Shown: one piece after another, positions 1 through 9,879 of the stretch
Position numbering within the stretch: position 1 is the first letter of the stretch
Layout of the letters: each line of letters begins with the position of its first letter
Origin: an uncultured Gemmataceae bacterium
GTDB lineage: Bacteria > Planctomycetota > Planctomycetia > Gemmatales > Gemmataceae
Direction of reading: 5' to 3'
Assembly (NCBI GenBank): GCA_963750165.1
Contig: CAVVPN010000011.1
Span: forward strand, 1,856,001-1,920,000
Length of the DNA: 64,000 nucleotides
Notes under the pieces: model-generated
Told to the model about the DNA's origin: nothing
Databases searched by the model: none
What the model saw: only the letters and a program-made list of their open reading frames with translations
Program-made: the position numbers and the translations under genes

Positions 1-1022
1 GCCAGCGTGTGCGCCGTGTCGGGGTGACGCTCGCCGAGCGCCTTGCGGTTCGTCTCCAGCGCCTGCTGGTACAGCGCTTCCGCCTCGGTCAGGTTGCCGC
101 GGGCGCGCTGCACCCAGCCGCGGAAGTTGAGGCTGTGGGCGTACTCGGGGTGCTGCTCGCCGAAGACTGCCTTCAAGATGGCCGCGGCCTGGTCGGCGAG
201 CCGTTTGGCCGCGTCCAGCTTGCCACGGCTGCCGCTCAGGCCCGCCTGCAAGTTCAGGCTGCGGGCCAGCTCTGGATGGGCCGCTCCCAGCCCCCGCCGG
301 GCCAGTTCCTCCGCGCGCCGGGCGTGCCGCTCCGCCTCGTCCAGCCGGCACAGGCAGCCCAGGACGCGGGCCAGCGCGTTGTGACTGCCGGCCAGGTCGG
401 GATGGTCCTCGGCCAGCGCCTGCCGGCGGATCTCCAGGGCCCGCTCGGCCCAGAGCAACGCTTCCTGCAATCGGCCGCGCGAGCACGCCAGCCGGGCCAG
501 CAGGGTCAGGCTCTCGGCGAAGTCCGCGTGTTGTTCGCCCAGCGTGTCACGGCGGATCGCCAGGGCCTGCTCGGCGGTCGCCTCCGCCTCGGCCTCGCGG
601 CCCAGGGCGTGCTGCAGCAGGGCCAGGCTGTGCAGCGACTGCGCGGTGTCGGGGTGCTGCTCGCCCAGGGCCTGGCGACGGATGACCAGCGCCTGCCGCA
701 GCAGCGGCTCGGCCTGGGAGAAGTTGGCCAACGATGCGTAGAGCAGGCCCAGGCCGTGGAGGCTGCGGGCGAAGTCGGGGTGCTCCTTGCCGAGACGGGC
801 GCGACGCAGCGACAGCGCCTGCAGATAAGGCGCCTCGGCTGCGGCGAACTGGGCCAGGTCGCGGTGCAGTTCGGCCTGCTGGTGCAGGGCGGCGGCCCGT
901 TCCAGGTCGTCGGCCTCCGGGGCGGCCGCCGCCCGCTGCGCCAGCGGCAGCGCGTCGCGGTAGCGGCCCTGGCCCGCGAGTCGGGCGGCGTCCTGGATAA
1001 GTGGGCCGATGAGTTCCGGCAT
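1..1022 (-). CDS. Tetratricopeptide-repeat protein (kinesin-light-chain-type TPR), 5' part; runs off the window
   Basis: Manual minus-strand translation from ATG at 1022 (AGGAG upstream): MPELIGPLIQDAARLAGQGRYRDALPLAQRA...AEAPYLQALSLRRARLGKEHPDFARSLHGLGLLY...AEPLLRQALVIRRQALGEQHPDTAQSLHSLALL. The + ORF 9..1037 is its antisense shadow. Confidence 0.9.
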   Translation of the reverse strand, partial: MPELIGPLIQDAARLAGQGRYRDALPLAQRAAAAPEADDLERAAALHQQAELHRDLAQFAAAEAPYLQALSLRRARLGKEHPDFARSLHGLGLLYASLANFSQAEPLLRQALVIRRQALGEQHPDTAQSLHSLALLQHALGREAEAEATAEQALAIRRDTLGEQHADFAESLTLLARLACSRGRLQEALLWAERALEIRRQALAEDHPDLAGSHNALARVLGCLCRLDEAERHARRAEELARRGLGAAHPELARSLNLQAGLSGSRGKLDAAKRLADQAAAILKAVFGEQHPEYAHSLNFRGWVQRARGNLTEAEALYQQALETNRKALGERHPDTAHTL

Positions 1023-1399
1023 CGATGGCACTCCTGACGGGAAGTTCCGGGCGGCGCGGAGACAGCGCCCCTCTCATCATCATAGCGCGCCGTTGCCCGG
1101 TGGGGTGCCCGGCTGCGCCTCCGAAGTGATCCTATCGAGGGGGGATGGGGGAACCAGGGGCAGAGCCAGGCAGCGGCCGGCGCCGGTTGTCACAGCAAGG
1201 GAGCCAAGGGAGCCAAGCAACGCCGAAAACCGCCGGGCGGATTCCGCTGACCTAAGACTAAGATTGACCAGACGTTCGGCAGCCTGGGTGCTCGGGCATC
1301 TGCAAGGGCGGCCGTCCCTTTCCACAATGGGACTATCACACAACCCCAGTGCTTGGAGGGACGGCAAAGACCCAGGCGATGGCAAAGACTCAGGCGACG

Positions 1400-1483
1400 G
1401 CGCCGCGCGTCCGCTTGCGGCGTCTGGGACGTGACCTGGCCGAGGCCCTCCGTCAGTTCTACCGCTGGCGCTGGGAGAACGAG
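1400..1483 (+). pseudogene. Short IS4-superfamily transposase remnant
   Basis: Frame of ORF 1349..1684 reads LAEALRQFYRWRWENE, resembling the Y-(2)-R-W-(2)-E part of the YREK motif. Confidence 0.4.
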
Positions 1484-3037
1484 AGCAACCAGGCGGGCTG
1501 CCGCTCAAGCGGCAGCCTGTACCTCGGCGGCATCGCCGCCGAGAATCGCCGTGTCGGCGTTGCTGCAACTGGCGCAAAGGTGCCAGGCACGCCAGGCCGC
1601 ACGACAAGGAGGTACTCCATGACCGACCACTCCCGGCAACGTGTGCCCCCCCGTCTCCAGCGGAGACCCCGCCGCCACCGGTGAAGCAACTTTGGGATCG
1701 GCTCGCGCCCGGCCAACGACAGGAACTGTGCCAGGTGCTCAGCCTGTTGGTGGCTCGACGTCTCCGGACTCCGCCCGGCACCAGATCCGCATGCCGATTC
1801 GGCCGCTCCACGGCCCGCATCGCGGTCAGCTCGAATGGCATCGCCCCAACCGGGTCACCCTGCAGTACCTGCTGCATCACCCCATTGATGCGGGCTACTA
1901 CCGCGGGGGCCACCGGGCGTGCGACCCGCGGCGCAAGGGGGGCGGTCGTCCGGGCACGAGGCGGACCGTGCGCCCGCTCGCGGAGTGCCTGGTCCTGCTC
2001 GAAGGCCGCTGCCCGGCCTACATCACGGCCGAGCGCTGCTGGGCCAACCAGCAGCGCCTCCAGGCCAACCGCGCCGCCAGCCTCAAGGGCGTGCGCCACG
2101 GCCCTTCGTTGCTGGGCGGCCTGCTCGTCTGTGACCGCTGCGGCCGTCACCTGCTGGTCAGCTACACCAACGCGGGCCGTGGGCTGCGGTACCGTTGCCT
2201 GCGTAACCGCATCGACTACGGCGGGCCGCCGTGTCAGAGCCTATCCGGCCAGCGCCTGGACGCCTGGGTCAGCGCTCAGGTCCTGGACGTCCTGCAGCCG
2301 GCGGCCCTGGAATTGCACCTCGCCGCCGCCGCCGATGTGGCCCAGGAGCGGCGGCGCTTGCACCAGCACTGGCAGCAGCAACTCGAGCGCGCCCGCTGGG
2401 AGACGGATCAGGTCGAGGTGACCATCCGCTGGGCCGGAGGCTTTGTCAGCCGGCATGCCCTGGCGCGTGCCGTGCAACGCTACGAGCAGTTAGCGGACTA
2501 CCCCCGCTTGCGGGCCCGCATCGACGAACTGCGTGCGGCCGGGAAGCCGATGGCCGCGGTGGCGGAGTGCTTGAACCGGGAGGGCTTCCGCCCGCCCAAG
2601 CGGGCGACGCGCTTCACCAGCAGCATGGTGGCGCGGGCTTGTTAGCCAAGGGCGGTCGCAGTGGCCCAAGGCCGGTGGCCCTGTCCGCCACCGGTCTGCT
2701 GCAGAGGGGGGGGAGTGGTTGTTGACGGACCTGGCGCGGCACCTGGGCCTGCCGTCGGCGACCCTGCACCGCTGGCGTCAGGTGGGTTGGGTTCATGCCC
2801 GCAAGCTGCCCGTACCGGGCGGGCATTGGGCGCTGTGGGCCGATGCTGCCGAACGCAAGCGCCTGGCCCGGTTGCGCCGGCATCACCGGGCGCGGCGTGA
2901 CCAACCCCTTCCCACCGAACTGACCACTCCCAAGGCTCGCAAAACCAAGTAACATGGCAGCGTTTCCCCAGGCCCGGCCGGCGCGACGGAGCGCCGGCCG
3001 CGGCCTGCTACAGGCTTCTCTTTCAGGAGGCATTATG
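1484..3037 (+). mobile_element. Decayed IS-like element with two small upstream ORFs and a large serine recombinase
   Basis: Small-ORF remnants (PRIAVSALLQL...; KQLWDRLAPGQRQELCQVLSLLVARRL), then recombinase fragments, ending in GGAGGCATTATG just before a transposase remnant. Left boundary approximate. Confidence 0.6.
1779..2952 (+). pseudogene. Large serine recombinase pseudogene (recombinase domain, Zn ribbon, C-terminal HTH; catalytic N-terminus missing)
   Basis: LLHHPIDAGYY, PAYIT, LLGGLLVCDRCGRHL...YRC Zn ribbon. Abrupt join LERARWE/TDQVEVTIRWAGG suggests an internal deletion. Frameshifted tail LARHLGLPSATLHRWRQVGWVHARK (2719..2952). Confidence 0.85.
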
Positions 3038-3039
3038 GC

Positions 3040-3133
3040 TGGCAGATCGAGGGGCTGTTCCGGGCGAGCAAACAGGTCTTGGACCTGGAAGCACCGCAGC
3101 ACTACAGCCGGGAAGCGGTGGAGAAGGTCGCTG
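3040..3133 (+). pseudogene. IS4/IS701-like DDE transposase fragment
   Basis: Reads WQIEGLFRASKQVLDLEAPQHYSREAVEKVA, matching the W-x-IE-xx-FR-xx-KQ signature. Confidence 0.65.
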
Positions 3134-3168
3134 AACCTCACCTTCGTTGGCGGGCGTTCCTGGCGCAG

Positions 3169-4506
3169 TTACGACGGGAAACACTTGCCGAAGGCCACCA
3201 GCAATTTTGGCGACCCCTGGATGCGGATTTTCCTGCGGAGCAGTGCCCACAAGAGGCTCCGCTCTTTCGCCAGGAAGCCCAGCCACGTCTCACTGTCTGC
3301 GGTCAGGCGCAGGTCGGCGGTGCCCTCGTGGCCGTCCCGGACCTGCACGGTGCCGTTTCGGATCACCACGGTGGCCTGCTGCGGCTCCTTGCCGGTGAAG
3401 GTGAAGTGGTAGACGGCGTTCAGCCCCGCCGCCTTGCCCGGCTGGAACAGCAACTTCAGCCCGAACAGGAAGCCCCGGATGGAGGTCGCCCGGATGCCGC
3501 TGCCAACTCGCTTGACCTTCTTCTTGGGGAAGCGGCGCGGGGCGTACTCCTCCGCATCCGAGCCGGCGATGACGTACACCGTCTCCTCCTTCTCCGTCAG
3601 CGGGCGCAGGGTGTCCTGGAGGAAGGTCTTGCGGTCGTTCAGGAAGGGGCCGATCACGTCCTCGCCAGCGGGGCAGACGGCCAGGCAGTACGCCGCCTTG
3701 TAGTTCGGCCCGAAGGCAAGCGACTGCCACAGCGAGGCCGTCTCTGACAGGCTGACCTTCTCCCGGTAACTCAGGGCCGTGTTGCTCTCGGCCACCTGCT
3801 CGACCCAATCGCTGAAGCCGCTCATGAACTCCCGGTAGTTGTGCGTGGCGCAGTTGGAGAACTGGAAGTCACCTTCCGGCGAGATGGCCCCGACCGGGCA
3901 CGCCGCCACGCACAGCTTGCATTCGAGACAAGGGTTGTAGTCAATGGGCTGGCCGTAGCTCGTCGCCTCGGCGTCGAGCAGCACGGTGCCCAGGACGATA
4001 AAATTACCGAATCTGGAGTGGATGACGTTACGGTGAACGCCCATGCGGCCCAGGCCGGCGGCGACGGCGACCGGCTTGTGCGAGACGACCCAAATCCTGC
4101 CGGGGAAGCGGTCCATCTCCATCGGGAAGCCCGCCGAGGGGTTCAGCGCCCGGACGCCCCGCTGTTCCAGGGCGGCGACGACGTTGCGGGCGACCTCGTT
4201 GGCGTGGTCGTAGCTGGCGTGGAACTCCAGGTTGGAGGCGGAACGGGCGGGGCTGCGGATCGGCCCCCGGTTCATCCGGCAGACGAGGCTGAGGAGCGTT
4301 TTGGCGTGCGGGAAGTAGCGGAGGATGTCGGCCCGCTGGTCGTCCAGGGTCGGGCGGCCAATCTCGACCAGGCCGGCGTCGTCGGCCCCGCAGTCCAGGC
4401 ACAACTGGCGCAGCCAGGCCGCATCAAGCGGTTGCGGCGGCTCGGGGTGGTCGGTGCGGTCGCTCTCACGGAAACGCCGCACGGTCGGGTGTTCAGCCAG
4501 GTTCAT
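3169..4506 (-). CDS. QueG/reductive-dehalogenase-like 4Fe-4S protein with C-terminal SCP2 sterol-binding domain
   Basis: SHKPVAVAAGLGRMG, FGNFIVLGTVL, CLECKLCVAACP and YCLAVCP. C-terminus YHFTFTG...ADLRLTADSETW...LRRKIRIQGSPKLL is SCP2-like. Confidence 0.8.
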   Translation of the reverse strand: MNLAEHPTVRRFRESDRTDHPEPPQPLDAAWLRQLCLDCGADDAGLVEIGRPTLDDQRADILRYFPHAKTLLSLVCRMNRGPIRSPARSASNLEFHASYDHANEVARNVVAALEQRGVRALNPSAGFPMEMDRFPGRIWVVSHKPVAVAAGLGRMGVHRNVIHSRFGNFIVLGTVLLDAEATSYGQPIDYNPCLECKLCVAACPVGAISPEGDFQFSNCATHNYREFMSGFSDWVEQVAESNTALSYREKVSLSETASLWQSLAFGPNYKAAYCLAVCPAGEDVIGPFLNDRKTFLQDTLRPLTEKEETVYVIAGSDAEEYAPRRFPKKKVKRVGSGIRATSIRGFLFGLKLLFQPGKAAGLNAVYHFTFTGKEPQQATVVIRNGTVQVRDGHEGTADLRLTADSETWLGFLAKERSLLWALLRRKIRIQGSPKLLVAFGKCFPS

Positions 4507-4559
4507 GACGACGCCTCTTAATTGCGTATGCAAATATCAGCAGAAAAAACACAGACTGC

Positions 4560-4840
4560 TCATGCTTCGGGCCTGGTCTGTCGCAGCTTCTTCGCCGCCC
4601 GGTCGAGCAGGGCGACTCCCTCGCTTCCCAGCAGTTCGGTGGCCTGGCGCTGGGCCTGCTCCCAGGCCGGCACCGCCTTCTCGATCAGCCGCCTCCCCCG
4701 TGACGTTAGGCGGAAGGGCTGGACACGGGCGTCCGCTTCCGGCACGACCTCCAGCCAGCCGTGGGCCTGCAACGGCTTGACGTTGCGGCTGAGGGTGGAC
4801 GCATCCAGTTGCAGCATCTCGCAGACCTGGGCGGGTCGGC
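4560..4840 (-). pseudogene. MarR-family regulator, 5'-truncated
   Basis: LQLDASTLSRNVKPLQAHGWLEV...FRLTSRGRRLIEKAVPAWEQAQ is the MarR wHTH; the sequence upstream is unrelated. Confidence 0.75.
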
Positions 4841-5095
4841 CTCGTCCCACTTCACGTCGCCCGAAGCCCGTAGATCGCCGGGACCGGCTCGTGCCCGGCC
4901 AGGCGCAGCCACGTCTGTACCTGCGTCCGGTGGTGGCAGGTGTGCATGACTCGCCGCCAGAACACCCAAATCCGTTCCCGCTGCAAACCGCCGAAGAAGG
5001 GCCGCTGTTCCAGCCACCAGGAAGAAGTGCCGGCGGCAAGCTGCGGCAGCCGTTGCTTCACCAGCCAGATGTACTTGTCGGCCGATGCGGATTTG

Positions 5096-5190
5096 GTTCT
5101 GGTCGAACCGGAAGGCGTCGAGGATGACGATAAGTTGAAGGATTGGATCGAACGGGCGGTGCGGTTCGTCGAGACACTGCCGGCGAAGCC
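5096..5190 (+). pseudogene. 3' fragment of a TfoX/Sxy N-terminal-domain protein
   Basis: VLVEPEGVEDDDKLKDWIERAVRFVETLPAK resembles the C-terminus of small TfoX_N proteins; no matching 5' part. Confidence 0.6.
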
Positions 5191-5513
5191 ACGCTGGCTG
5201 ACCAAGCATCGGCCGGCGGAAGAAATCACGTCACGAAGCTGGCCCTTGCCGTTGGTTTCGGTGAGTTGCTGAAACTGATTCAGCCGCCCGACGCTTGGTG
5301 CCGTCCACCGAGCCTCGGTGATGTCTTCACCTGCGTCTACGCCATCGGACCTTACGAGAAGGTACAGTCGCTTTGGGTCATGCAATTCTACGGCAGCATG
5401 TACATCTCGGTCTTCACCACGACCAAGGAGACATCGCTCGTCCCGCCATCTGCATCTTGAGCGAATCCACTTTGGCTGCGAACCCGCTCTGCGGCGAGGG
5501 TGTCCTCCCCTTC

Positions 5514-6320
5514 ATGGACACAAACCTGCTCGACATCAAGTTCGCCCGCATCGGCGCACGGCTGAAGGTTGCTGATCGTCCGTCCCAGCGCAGACGCACG
5601 GCGGGCGTCATCTCCCTGGACGTGCAGGCCGACCGTAAGGGCGAGTTCTTCGAGATCGTCCGGCAGCCGGGGGCCGAGGCCGAGGTCGCCGTCCTCGACG
5701 TGCAGCCCGCCGACCGCCACCTGCTGCTCCTGGTCCGTGAGGGCAAGGACAAGAGCAAGTTCCTGTGCGGCCACGACGAGCGCCACTGGTTCGTCGCCGG
5801 CATTCCCGAAAGCGCCCCGGTCGGCACCGTCCGCCAGGCCAAGGAGGCACTGAAGCCCGCCGAGGTCCAGACCGCCCAGGCACGCCAGCGCCTCAAGGGC
5901 AAGGCCCGCAACCGCCGGAAGAACGCTGCCTTCGTCCGCCAGGGCGAGTGGTTCTTCCTGCCGGTCCCTGGCTTCGTCGTGGAAGAGAAGTTGTTGCTGA
6001 CCAACGAGCCGCTGCGCCGGGGCGACGGTGGTAAGCCACATTGGGCCGAATTCTGTTACCGGACGGGTGGCGAGACGGTCTGCGTCTGCTCCCGACACCC
6101 CAACGGCGTCACCGAGGCGCAGTACAGGGACATCCTGACCGGCAACCCGAAGGCGAAGGGCTGGGGCTGGCGCACCATGCGGCGCAACCCAGGCGTCTAC
6201 GTCCGGGGCCGGGTCCGGCACGCCGACCACGCCACGATCACCCTGCACGGCTGGCACCAAGTCGTGATGAACACCGAGGGGCAGTCGAAGGCCATGCGGA
6301 ACGTGGCCTTCCTCGACTGA
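5514..6320 (+). CDS. Conserved-looking hypothetical protein
   Basis: Clean high-GC3 ORF with motifs FLCGHDERHWFVA, RQGEWFFLP and VRHADHATITL. Start chosen at MDTNLL. Confidence 0.8.
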   Translation: MDTNLLDIKFARIGARLKVADRPSQRRRTAGVISLDVQADRKGEFFEIVRQPGAEAEVAVLDVQPADRHLLLLVREGKDKSKFLCGHDERHWFVAGIPESAPVGTVRQAKEALKPAEVQTAQARQRLKGKARNRRKNAAFVRQGEWFFLPVPGFVVEEKLLLTNEPLRRGDGGKPHWAEFCYRTGGETVCVCSRHPNGVTEAQYRDILTGNPKAKGWGWRTMRRNPGVYVRGRVRHADHATITLHGWHQVVMNTEGQSKAMRNVAFLD

Positions 6321-6471
6321 CGCCTTCGCTGATTGATCGGAACGAGAAGAGACCCGTGGCAGGTTGCGCCTGCTGCGGGCTTTTTCTCTTGATGGAGGCC
6401 AAATCGCCGCCGTTTAACGATATCATTGCATTGAGTCACCACCGCCCGGCCCTTTGCAGGAGTTTCCCGCC

Positions 6472-8592
6472 ATGACACGGCCCCGCCACCTCCTCGCCCT
6501 GCTGCTCGTGGTGCTGCCCGGCCTCGCCGCGGCCCAATCGCCCGCCGACACCAGCCGCGGCGACAAGCAACTCGCCGCCTACTTCGACGCCCAGACCCGG
6601 CAGATCGCCGCCACCTGCCTGGCGGACGTGAAAACGCTTGCCGACTGGCAGAAGAAGCGGCCCGAGCTGCGCCGTCAGTTCCTCGACATGCTCGGCCTGT
6701 GGCCGCTGCCCGCCAGAACCGACCTCAAGGTGAAAGTAACGGGCAAAATTGATGCCGAGCACTACACCCTTGAGAAACTCCATTACCAGTCAAGCCCCGG
6801 ATTGTACGTCAGCGCGAACCTGTATGTGCCGAAGAAGGCGAAATTCCCGGCCCCGGCAGTGCTCTATGTCTGCGGCCACGGCGGCACGAAAATCGACGGC
6901 GTCAATTACGGCAACCACGTCTACTACCAGCACCATCCGGCCTGGTTCGCGGAGCACGGCTACGTCTGCCTGATTTTAGACACACTGCAACTCGGCGAAG
7001 TTCCCGGACTTCACCACGGTACTTTTGCCAACGATAAAGGTCTCTGGTGGTGGCAAACGCTGGGCTACACGCCGGCCGGCATCGAGTGCTGGAACGCCAT
7101 GCGCGCCCTGGATTACCTGGAGTCGCGCAAGGACGTGGACCCGAAGCGCCTGGGCGTGACCGGCCGCAGCGGCGGCGGTGCCACCAGCTGGTGGCTGGCG
7201 GCGGCGGACGAGCGCGTGCAGTGCATCATCCCGGTGGCCGGCATCGCCGACCTGCGGGCGCACCTCGTCGAGGGGGTGGCGCCGCGCTTCCGCAACGGCG
7301 TCATCAGCGGCCACTGCGACTGCATGTACATGGTCAACACCTATCGCTGGGACTTCTCCGTCGTCGCCGCTCTGTGCGCCCCGCGGCCGCTGCTGCTCGG
7401 CAACAGTGACGCAGACGACATTTTCCCCGTGGCGGGCTACCGTCGCCTCGCCGAGCCGGTGCGGCGGATTTACGACCTCTACGGGGCGAAGGAAAAGTTC
7501 GCGCTGCTGGAGACGGCGGGACCGCACAAGGACACGCCCGAGCTGCGCCTGGGGGCGTTCCGCTGGATGAATCGCTGGCTGAAGAACGAACCGGGTGAGG
7601 TGACGGAGGAGAAACGGCCGCTGTGGACGCCGCAGCAACTGAAGGTGTTCGATCGCGCTCCGGAGGACGCCCGTAACGCCTTCATTCATGAGGTGTTCAT
7701 CAAGCCGGCGCGGCCGCTGTTGCCGCAGAGCGCGGAGGTTGTCAAATCATGGTGGCCGGGCAAGCGCCAGGAATGGCTGCAAACGCTCAAGGACCAGGTG
7801 TTCCGCGGCTGGGCGCAGAAGCCGCCGCCGGTGAACGCCCGGCTCGCCGTGGAGGTTGTCAAGCAGGGTGTGCGTCTGCGGGCGTTCGATTTCGTCAGCG
7901 AGCAGGGCGTGGAACTGCGGCTGTTCGTGCTCACGGCGGAGAAGAACGCGAAGCCGAGCGTGACAGTGCTGCACGCCGTCGATGAGGCCGGTTGGCGGGC
8001 GTGGGTGGCGGAACTCGGCCCGGACTTCCGCGCCGCGCTGCAGTTGACACACGAGCCAAAATTCGTCCCGAAGGGCCTGGAGCGCGTCCGGCGGGTGCTG
8101 GAGACGACGAAGTGGGCACTGGCGACGGTGTCGCCGCGCGGCGTCGGGCCGACGCGCTGGAAGGAGGCGGGCACCGCGACCGAGAACCAGGTCAAGCGCC
8201 GCTTCCCGCTGATCGGCCAGACGCTGGATGGCCAGCGTGTCTGGGACGTGCGCCGCAGCCTGGCGGCGCTGCGGCAGGTGCCGGGCCTCAAGGGTGTCCC
8301 CCTCTGGTTGCAGGGCGAGGGCGCCCTGGCTGGCATCGTCCTGTATGCGGCATTGTTCGAATCGGATGTGGCCCGGCTCAAGCTGCGGCACCTGCCGCCG
8401 TCCCACCTGCGCGGGCCGACCTTCCTGAACGTGCGGAAACACTTCGACTTGCCGCAGGCGCTGGCCCTGGCGCTGCCGCGGTCCATCGACCTGACGGTGC
8501 CGACCGCAGACTTTGCCCAGTTTGACTGGGCGCTGCGCTTGCAGAAGTCATTGGGCTTAAATTCTTTAAAAATTCGCACGGCGACCGATTGA
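6472..8592 (+). CDS. Exported alpha/beta hydrolase (acetylxylan esterase/dienelactone hydrolase-like)
   Basis: Signal peptide, VLYVCGHG, nucleophile elbow GVTGRSGGG, CAPRPLL, D..FP, GPH; second degenerate hydrolase module at the C-terminus. Confidence 0.85.
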   Translation: MTRPRHLLALLLVVLPGLAAAQSPADTSRGDKQLAAYFDAQTRQIAATCLADVKTLADWQKKRPELRRQFLDMLGLWPLPARTDLKVKVTGKIDAEHYTLEKLHYQSSPGLYVSANLYVPKKAKFPAPAVLYVCGHGGTKIDGVNYGNHVYYQHHPAWFAEHGYVCLILDTLQLGEVPGLHHGTFANDKGLWWWQTLGYTPAGIECWNAMRALDYLESRKDVDPKRLGVTGRSGGGATSWWLAAADERVQCIIPVAGIADLRAHLVEGVAPRFRNGVISGHCDCMYMVNTYRWDFSVVAALCAPRPLLLGNSDADDIFPVAGYRRLAEPVRRIYDLYGAKEKFALLETAGPHKDTPELRLGAFRWMNRWLKNEPGEVTEEKRPLWTPQQLKVFDRAPEDARNAFIHEVFIKPARPLLPQSAEVVKSWWPGKRQEWLQTLKDQVFRGWAQKPPPVNARLAVEVVKQGVRLRAFDFVSEQGVELRLFVLTAEKNAKPSVTVLHAVDEAGWRAWVAELGPDFRAALQLTHEPKFVPKGLERVRRVLETTKWALATVSPRGVGPTRWKEAGTATENQVKRRFPLIGQTLDGQRVWDVRRSLAALRQVPGLKGVPLWLQGEGALAGIVLYAALFESDVARLKLRHLPPSHLRGPTFLNVRKHFDLPQALALALPRSIDLTVPTADFAQFDWALRLQKSLGLNSLKIRTATD

Positions 8593-8708
8593 AGCGGAGG
8601 GGCGGTCTCCCGATACTACCTGAAACGAAAACCGTTCTGCTCGATGCAGTCGGAACGCCCAGGCAGAACCACCATGGAGTTTGACTTTCAGAAGAAGGAG
8701 AGTGTGCG

Positions 8709-9065
8709 ATGGCCGATGAAACGACCCCCATGACCGCAACGCCGGAGCAACAACCGCAACAGGCACCGCAGTTCCCAACGGACTACACCAGCCTGTCCAC
8801 GGTGTACACGAACTTCTGCCGCGTCAGTGTCACGCCGGAAGAACTGGTGCTCGACTTCGGCCTCAACACCCAGATCGCGCCGAATCCCTCCGAGCCGATC
8901 AAGTTGTCGCACCGCGTTGTCATGAACTTCTACACCGCCAAGCGGCTGATGACGGCGCTGATGAGCGTCGTCAACCAGCACGAGAACGCTTACGGTGTGC
9001 TGGAGCTGGACTTCCAGCGCCGCGCTCGTAACATGCAGCGCCCGTCCACGGGCATCCGGCAGTAG
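8709..9065 (+). CDS. DUF3467-family protein
   Basis: YTNFCRVSVTPEELVLDFG...HRVVMNFYTAKRL...HENAYG; AAGGAG RBS upstream. Confidence 0.85.
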   Translation: MADETTPMTATPEQQPQQAPQFPTDYTSLSTVYTNFCRVSVTPEELVLDFGLNTQIAPNPSEPIKLSHRVVMNFYTAKRLMTALMSVVNQHENAYGVLELDFQRRARNMQRPSTGIRQ

Positions 9066-9140
9066 TGAGGATGAGGGGGTGAGGGGGTGAAGGGGTGAGG
9101 AGGTGACAAAAACCTCGTCTTTTCACCCCTTCACCCCTCA
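9066..9140. repeat. Inverted arrays of 8-9-mer GGGGTGA units between convergent genes (probable terminator)
   Basis: gagggggtgagggggtgaaggggtgagg ... ttcaccccttcacccctca. Confidence 0.6.
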
Positions 9141-9869
9141 CCGCAAACTATAAGGCACCTCCAACCCGTGCGCGTCCATCAGCGCCGAGTCCGCCAGCAG
9201 GGTGCGCGCCGGCCCGTCGGCAGCGAGCCGGCCGCGGTCCAGCACCAGCACCCGGCCGCACGTCTGCAGGATCAACTCCAGGTCGTGCGACGCGATCACT
9301 TTCGTGATCGGCAATGCGTTCAGGAGCGCGATCAGTTCGCGGCGGCCACGCGGGTCGAGGTACATGGACGGCTCGTCCAGCAGCAGGATGTCGGGCTGCA
9401 TGGCCAGCACTCCGGCCAGCGCCACCCGCCGCTTTTCACCACCGGACAGGTGGAACGGCACTCGCTCCTCGAAACCCGTCAGGTCCACTTGCTGGAGTGC
9501 CGCCGACACGCGCCGCCGCACCTCGTCCGCCGGCAGCCCCAGGTTGAGAGGCCCGAACGCCACATCGTCGAAGACCGTCGCGTTGAACAACTGGTCGTCG
9601 CTGTTCTGAAACACGAAGCCGACCTTGGCCGGCAACCGCCGCCGTTCCGCCGCGACGCCCGGGTCCAGGCCGCCCAGCCGGGCCATGCCCGGCTTCACCG
9701 GCAGCACACCGCACAGGCACAGGAACAGGCTCGTCTTGCCGGCGCCGTTCGGCCCGACCAGGCCCACACAGGCGCCTGCGTCCGCCGTGAACGTGACCTC
9801 GGTCAGCGCCTGCACCGCGCCAGGGTAGGCGTAGCTCAATCGATTGACGACGAAGTCGGCGGCCTCCAC
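9138..9869 (-). CDS. cbiO: ECF/cobalt-nickel transporter ATPase (CbiO/EcfA)
   Basis: GPNGAGKT, FQNSDDQLF, LSGGEKRR, LLLDEP, SHD. Confidence 0.9.
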   Translation of the reverse strand: MEAADFVVNRLSYAYPGAVQALTEVTFTADAGACVGLVGPNGAGKTSLFLCLCGVLPVKPGMARLGGLDPGVAAERRRLPAKVGFVFQNSDDQLFNATVFDDVAFGPLNLGLPADEVRRRVSAALQQVDLTGFEERVPFHLSGGEKRRVALAGVLAMQPDILLLDEPSMYLDPRGRRELIALLNALPITKVIASHDLELILQTCGRVLVLDRGRLAADGPARTLLADSALMDAHGLEVPYSLR

Positions 9870-9879
9870 GGCGACCCCT

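Noticed and set aside
9..1037. 342-aa plus-strand ORF
   Set aside because: Antisense to the TPR gene.
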